64,000 bases of DNA from Tubiluchus corallicola. Taxonomy: Eukaryota; Animalia; Priapulida. The DNA is taken from the NCBI GenBank assembly GCA_030141605.1, contig JAQGDQ010000212.1, forward strand, positions 318,769-382,768, read 5' to 3'. Shown here piece after piece: positions 58,356-64,000 of this stretch. The translations under genes were made by a program, and so were the position numbers. The notes beneath the pieces were generated by a model, which saw only the letters and a program-made list of their open reading frames with translations, was not told the DNA's origin and did no database searches. The first letter of the stretch is position 1. Every line of letters begins with the position of its first letter.

Positions 58356-60424
58356 AGCTAGAAGTTTCAAAAACACACGACTACAAAATCAACACCAGTG
58401 TTGATTGTTGATGTCTGGTATGTTTAAAGCGGTTTTTCTTCGCACTGTGACTGATCCAACTCCTTAAATAAATAAATGAATAAATCGAAGAGCACAAAGA
58501 CTTTTAGCAGCCACGGAATTGGAGTGAATAACAACCTGGCAAATAACAAGGGCCCGAACACACTTCCTTGTGGTAGTCCTGGTGGAACTGGGACAGTTGA
58601 TGAGGCACAGCCCTCAACTTCGACACATTGGAATCTGTCACCTAGTCATGCTTTTATCTGTTTGCATTGTAACTGAAATGTGCTGTTGCAAAAGAAGCTA
58701 CAATACAAGTATGTGCAGAAACCAATTCTGATATTGTGGTCGACATAAATTGTCTTTGATATCTATAGATTATAATTAATCAATAAGCAGAGATACAAAA
58801 TTCGTATTATCAAAAAACTATCTTGAGAGCTATTGTCTCAGGATGAATTTTTACTTCTCTGTACGAGTTTTGCGTCGATACTTGAGAGAGATACGTGACT
58901 GGACCTAGCGTTAAGTCATTTATGACGTTTGATTAATAATCTCGCTTACATGATATTATTTTGATATTATATGTGTTGGTAACTGTTAATAATAGGCGTT
59001 TACAACCATTTTCATGATTTCTGCGCAAAACATTTACTTTATGGGAGTAGATATTGTAGCTGATACTTCAATTTTTGTTGTTGTTGTTGTTTGCTTTGGC
59101 TAGTTTACGGAGGACATTGTTTATGTTAATTGCGTTCTTGTACTTTGCTTGTATTTATCTATTCTCATACATGGTGTCAGTATGAGAATAGTGAGAGTAT
59201 ATATATAGTGAGAATATGAGAGTATGTCAATAGTGAACAAAATATTGTTGTACTAAGCAAGAAATTGAAAAACACATAATGATTTTGTCAAACAATTCGT
59301 GAAAAATGCCATTTTTTGGTACTAGACTATGCTTTTGCAAAATTGCAAAAGCTGAACGCAAATCTCAAATAACCATGATGTGCAGCAGGCCTACCAGGAA
59401 CCTGTAGGCCTGTTGTGTTACAAAATGTTTTCTTTTCTGGCCAGTTTTTATAAACCTCAATCAGATCTTTATAAACCACAGTCAAAATTAATTCAAATGT
59501 GGTCAAAACTTATATTATACATCGATGTGATATTAGCTACTTTTACACTATTTTTCTGGTTATAATCATGGTTAAAAGATGCCATTGGGACTTATGTGAC
59601 TCAGACATTCAAAATACGGGATCGCCTATGGAATGGAACAGTCAAATTTATTTCATTTCCGTAGCCTGACAAACGGAAACATACAAAAACTGAAAAAATC
59701 TTGCAAACGAGCACATGATCAGTAAACATTGAAAATAAATCGCAGGCTTGAATGATGTTCGTATGTTCAAAGACAAGAGAGACTTAATATTTTTGTTGTT
59801 AATTTATTGTAAAACAAAGCTAATTGGCGTAGTTTCCCTATTATACTTATGTCTCTGTATTTTGTAGTGCTTTGAAACTTCGTCCCTAAATTCTGTTTAA
59901 ATTGAAAAGTCATTTTTTGGCTACTTGAAGTGTTAATTTCGTTTAAAATAGCTGCTGCTCTGCAAATTTGTGTTTACGAAAAAGTGCAATCAGATTATCT
60001 GCTGATTAGACATTAGCTGTGACTGTCATGTTGTTTAGTTCAGTTTAGTTTAGCTTAAACAGTTGTTGTCCTGCGTGAGCTGTTGTCCCGAATGCTGCTG
60101 AGCGTGCTTAAATTACAGCGGGGGCGGAGCGATAGAGCAATGTGTTTGACGTCAAGTGACTATTGTTGTTATTGTTTTGTTGATGTTGCTATTATTGTTG
60201 TTATTAACATAATAACATTATTATTGTCGTTGTTGATGTTATCGTTATTGTTATTATCATTATTATTATGACTTATTAGCTAGATAAATATATGGATACT
60301 AACAATTGCTGGTTCTTAATTGTCATAACATCAAAGCTACTGACAATGTTTAACTACTTGATTAAAAAGAAAATCTGGAACTCCATAAAGCCATCTCTGA
60401 ATACTACACTGACATGCATGCTCA

Positions 60425-60783
60425 TAATTACGAGCATGGGCTTGCAGATAAATGATATGGATATTAGTGCAGTACACCGCATACCGTCAGAAAAAGGGGT
60501 GCCGCCGATTATAGTGAAATTTACAAGAAGGTCAGTCAGGGATAACGTATATAAGCAAAGGAAAAACCGTCCAAGACTTGGTGATATAGGGTTTTCGTCC
60601 AACAATCGTGTCCAGATAGGGGAATGTCTCACTTCGGCCAGGAAAGCATTGTTCAAAAAGTGCGTTGATTACAAAAAACAACGAGGCTATAAATTTGTAT
60701 GGCCAAATCAAGGAAGAATCTTTATGAGAGCTAATGAAAAAATGGAATCCTTCGAAATAAAATGTGAAGAGGACTTAACCTAA
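60425..60783 (+). mobile_element. CR1/L2-type LINE ORF1, C-terminal part
   Basis: DISAVHRI..PPIIVKFTRR..R..I.ECLT..RKALF..YKFVW..GRIFMR is typical of RRM/CTD ORF1 proteins. Confidence 0.8.
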
Positions 60784-62033
60784 TTTGAACTGTTGCAGAT
60801 TCTGATTATACTTATGCTCGTCTTTAACGCTAATCAAGTAAACAGGTATCTTTCTTATTTGAAGTTTCTTTGCCGTTTGTCAGATTGATTGTTCGCCTAA
60901 TACAGTTCACGTGTGTACTAATTGTGTGTGCATGTCTGCGGGTGTACGTATTACTCATAATTGCAAGTTTATATTGTATAAGTGAGCGAAAAATAGCTCA
61001 CATTTTTTTCTGCATGGTAACTAGAAACAGTTATCGGTACAGTCGTAATGCCTATGCAGGTTGGTACTGTAAGTGATTACAAAACTATGGATACCACCGA
61101 GTAATAATTACAAACAGCTTAGTGTGGTTCAGTGAAACCAGTTTTTTTGTCCGTATGTTAATTGATAACCTTGACTACATGGGTAAATGGTCCAATGAAT
61201 AAGCGATTCGTAAATGGTTGCGGACGAGATTTTGTCACGTATCAAGTATTTAATATATTAACCTGTTTACAGAAACCGATTACAGATTACCTTTACCGTA
61301 CCTGGGTATAATCTATGACATTCACAGGTATGCTGCCTTGATTGCGAAATTGTATTTTACCAATTAATACAATAAGGGATTTTTTTTGCATAGGCCTATA
61401 TATTCATTATCAATATAATAAATAATAATTTATTATTATACTGTTAATAATAGCACTGTTAGACACTAAATGAAACGTGAACGTGTAATATTTTTAATAC
61501 AGAAGTGACTCTATTTTTTTTGTATGGCGAGACAGCTTAACGTAAATTTATGCCTAACTCTTAACTGCTTAACTCCATATTAAATTTAACCCTTTTTAGA
61601 AAGATATGCATAAAAAATAGTAACTTTGTTTCAATTTTCACTTATTAGCAACATGGATATGTAATTAAACTGTATTAATGCTACGTATCATGATTAGTTA
61701 ATATCTGGCAAGTTATTTTCTGTCTATATATCATTAACAGTCAAATTTAAGTGGAACCATATTTCTAAATATGAGACTATTTTTGTGTACTTTAATGTAT
61801 AATCAAAGAATTCATACTACATCAATAATCCAAAATACATGTGCAAATTATATGCTCCAGGATATATTAATTTGATAATTTGAAGCAATTATTTTATCTT
61901 TTTTTTAAATCAAAGTGGAAGATAGAGGCAAATAAGTCGGCCCTAATTACTACCTCAGTCTTTTCGCATTTTTTTTCTTTTTTAACAATTACTCACCCTC
62001 TTTACCTACATCATTCATATGTAAACATTCTCA

Positions 62034-64000
62034 TGTCCCGCTTGCGAGAAACCTGTTAAACATAACCAAAAGGCTCTAGGATGTGACAACTGTTATAGGT
62101 GTATTCACCTAAGATGCTCACCGTTATCTGTTGACGATTATAATGACCTGGCTACAGATGATAATGAATGGTTTTGCCATCTTTGTCTACAGTCTATTTT
62201 TCCATTCAATAATATACCAGATGATGAAGAATTTAAACATATTGCACGTTTTTCAAATATTGGTTCTATCTTGTGCGATTATAATTTAAATCTCTTTTGC
62301 ACTGAATCAGATGATAGCAATAATATCACGAATATGGCAGATCCTGATTTAAATTTTTTTAATGCACCAAACTTAATACCAAAAAGCAATTACTATGATG
62401 AAGATCAGTTCACATATTTGAACAGTAACACTGATTTCAGTACACCACTGTCTATGATCCATGTTAATATTCGTAGCCTAAAAGCTAATTTTGATTATTT
62501 AAACGTATATTTAGAATCATTAACTATAAGTTTTTCAATTATTGCCTTATCAGAAACATGGCTCCAAGATGATTCAGGAGTAACCATTTCCCTGCCTGGA
62601 TATGAATTTGAATGTATAAATCGTAAACACAAATCTGGTGGTGGAGTCGGCTTGCTTATAAGGAAAGACATACCTTATACAGTGAGAAAAGACCTATGCC
62701 ACATCAATGATCCAGACATAGAATCACTTTTCATTGAATTACGCAGCAAGAATAAAAATACAATAATGGGAGTAATATATAGACCACCTGGTGAAAATCC
62801 TAACAATTTTACAGACAATATACAGAACACTATGGCAATTCTTAATAGACAAAACAAACATATTTTCGTACTAGGAGACTATAATATAAATTTAATAAAC
62901 CATGCTTCTCACAACGAAACCGGACACTTTTTACACACAATGCTGACCAATTATCTGTTTCCTACTGTTACAAGACCAACAAGAATTACGCCTTATTCAG
63001 CAACACTTATTGATAATATATTTACCAATGCACTAGACTATAAGTATAAATCAGGTATTTTTCTAACAGATATAACAGATCACCTCCCAATTTTTTTAAT
63101 TATTGATCTCAAAATTGAAACATACAGTAAGGAATACGTGCGCAAACATATTTATAATGTTCATATAAAAAACAAAATTATCCAAGATTTAAATCAATGT
63201 GACTGGTCAGATTTATATTCTGCAACTAATACCGAAGACGCATACAATTTATTTCATACTAAGCTTTCTGATATCTATAACAAACATATTAAACTACAGA
63301 AAAGCAATAACAATCGTAAAGCACCAAAAAAACCTTGGATCACTACAGCAATTTTAGAAAGTGTTAAGCGGAAAAATTAAAACGCATCGTTCTCTGGTGA
63401 ACAAGACAAATAATAACGTATCTGAAGTAGAATACCATCGATATAGAAATGAACTTAATACAATTATAAAAGCATCAAAATGTCAGTATTATAGGGATAG
63501 ATTGATGACAGTTAAAGATAACATAAAAAAGACATGGGATACAATGAAAGAAATTATGCATAAAGAAAGACAAAATCGACCCATTACGTTGTTCATAAAC
63601 AGCAAATTAATTAAAAATAATGTAGAGGTGGCAAATGCTTTTAACGATTACTTTGTAAATATTGGACCAATATTATCAGAACAAATTGAAAACACAAACA
63701 TAAATCCATGTATATATCTTAAAGGTACCTACCGACAAAGCTTTTTTATTAGTGCAGCAACAGAAAATGATATAATAAATACTTGTAAATCGTTTAATCG
63801 GAATAAAGGTCCTGGTAAGGACAAAATGTTACCTAAAGTCGTAATAGACACCATTGACTACATCTCGAAACCTTTGCAATATTTAATTAATTTATCTTTT
63901 CTTACAGGTGAAATACCAGTGAAATTAAAAGAATCAATTATTGTTCCTTTGTTTAAATCAGATGATCCCATGTCTCTGAACAATTATAGACCAGTGTCCT
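62034..64000 (+). mobile_element. CR1-type LINE ORF2: PHD finger, APE endonuclease and linker running into RT; frameshift near 63380; continues past the window end
   Basis: In-frame CPAC..CDNC..HLRC..WFCHLC; HVNIRSL, SETWL, GGGVG, YRPP, GDYNI, PTR..TLIDNIF, TDHLP, KPWIT; next frame KKTWD..FNDYF..NYRPVS. Confidence 0.9.

Overview
AT-rich eukaryotic (animal, probably invertebrate) genomic DNA with spliceosomal introns and many transposon relics; no prokaryotic features. Three tandemly duplicated gene families lie in a row. (1) Two cytosolic sulfotransferase paralogues on + (the 3' end of one, and one complete 6-exon gene at 4852-11661). (2) Three copies of a minus-strand multi-exon gene in 6-13 kb segmental duplications. 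I reconstruct it by hand as a type-I membrane protein: signal peptide, Cys cap, glycoprotein-hormone-receptor/Trk-like LRRs, LRRCT, unassigned stalk, one TM helix, and an ~85-aa tail with a TIYKYM tyrosine motif but no TIR or kinase domain. The ectodomains differ between copies while the tails are identical in protein; one copy is truncated. (3) Two intronless rhodopsin-class GPCRs plus a relic of a third. Also present: a decayed Gmr1-like (SCAN-gag, INT-before-RT) Gypsy element, a CR1-type LINE with a PHD finger ahead of the endonuclease, other LINE fragments, MITEs, and mini/microsatellites. All exon structures were inferred by eye from splice signals, codon phase and paralogue comparison; no database searches were run.
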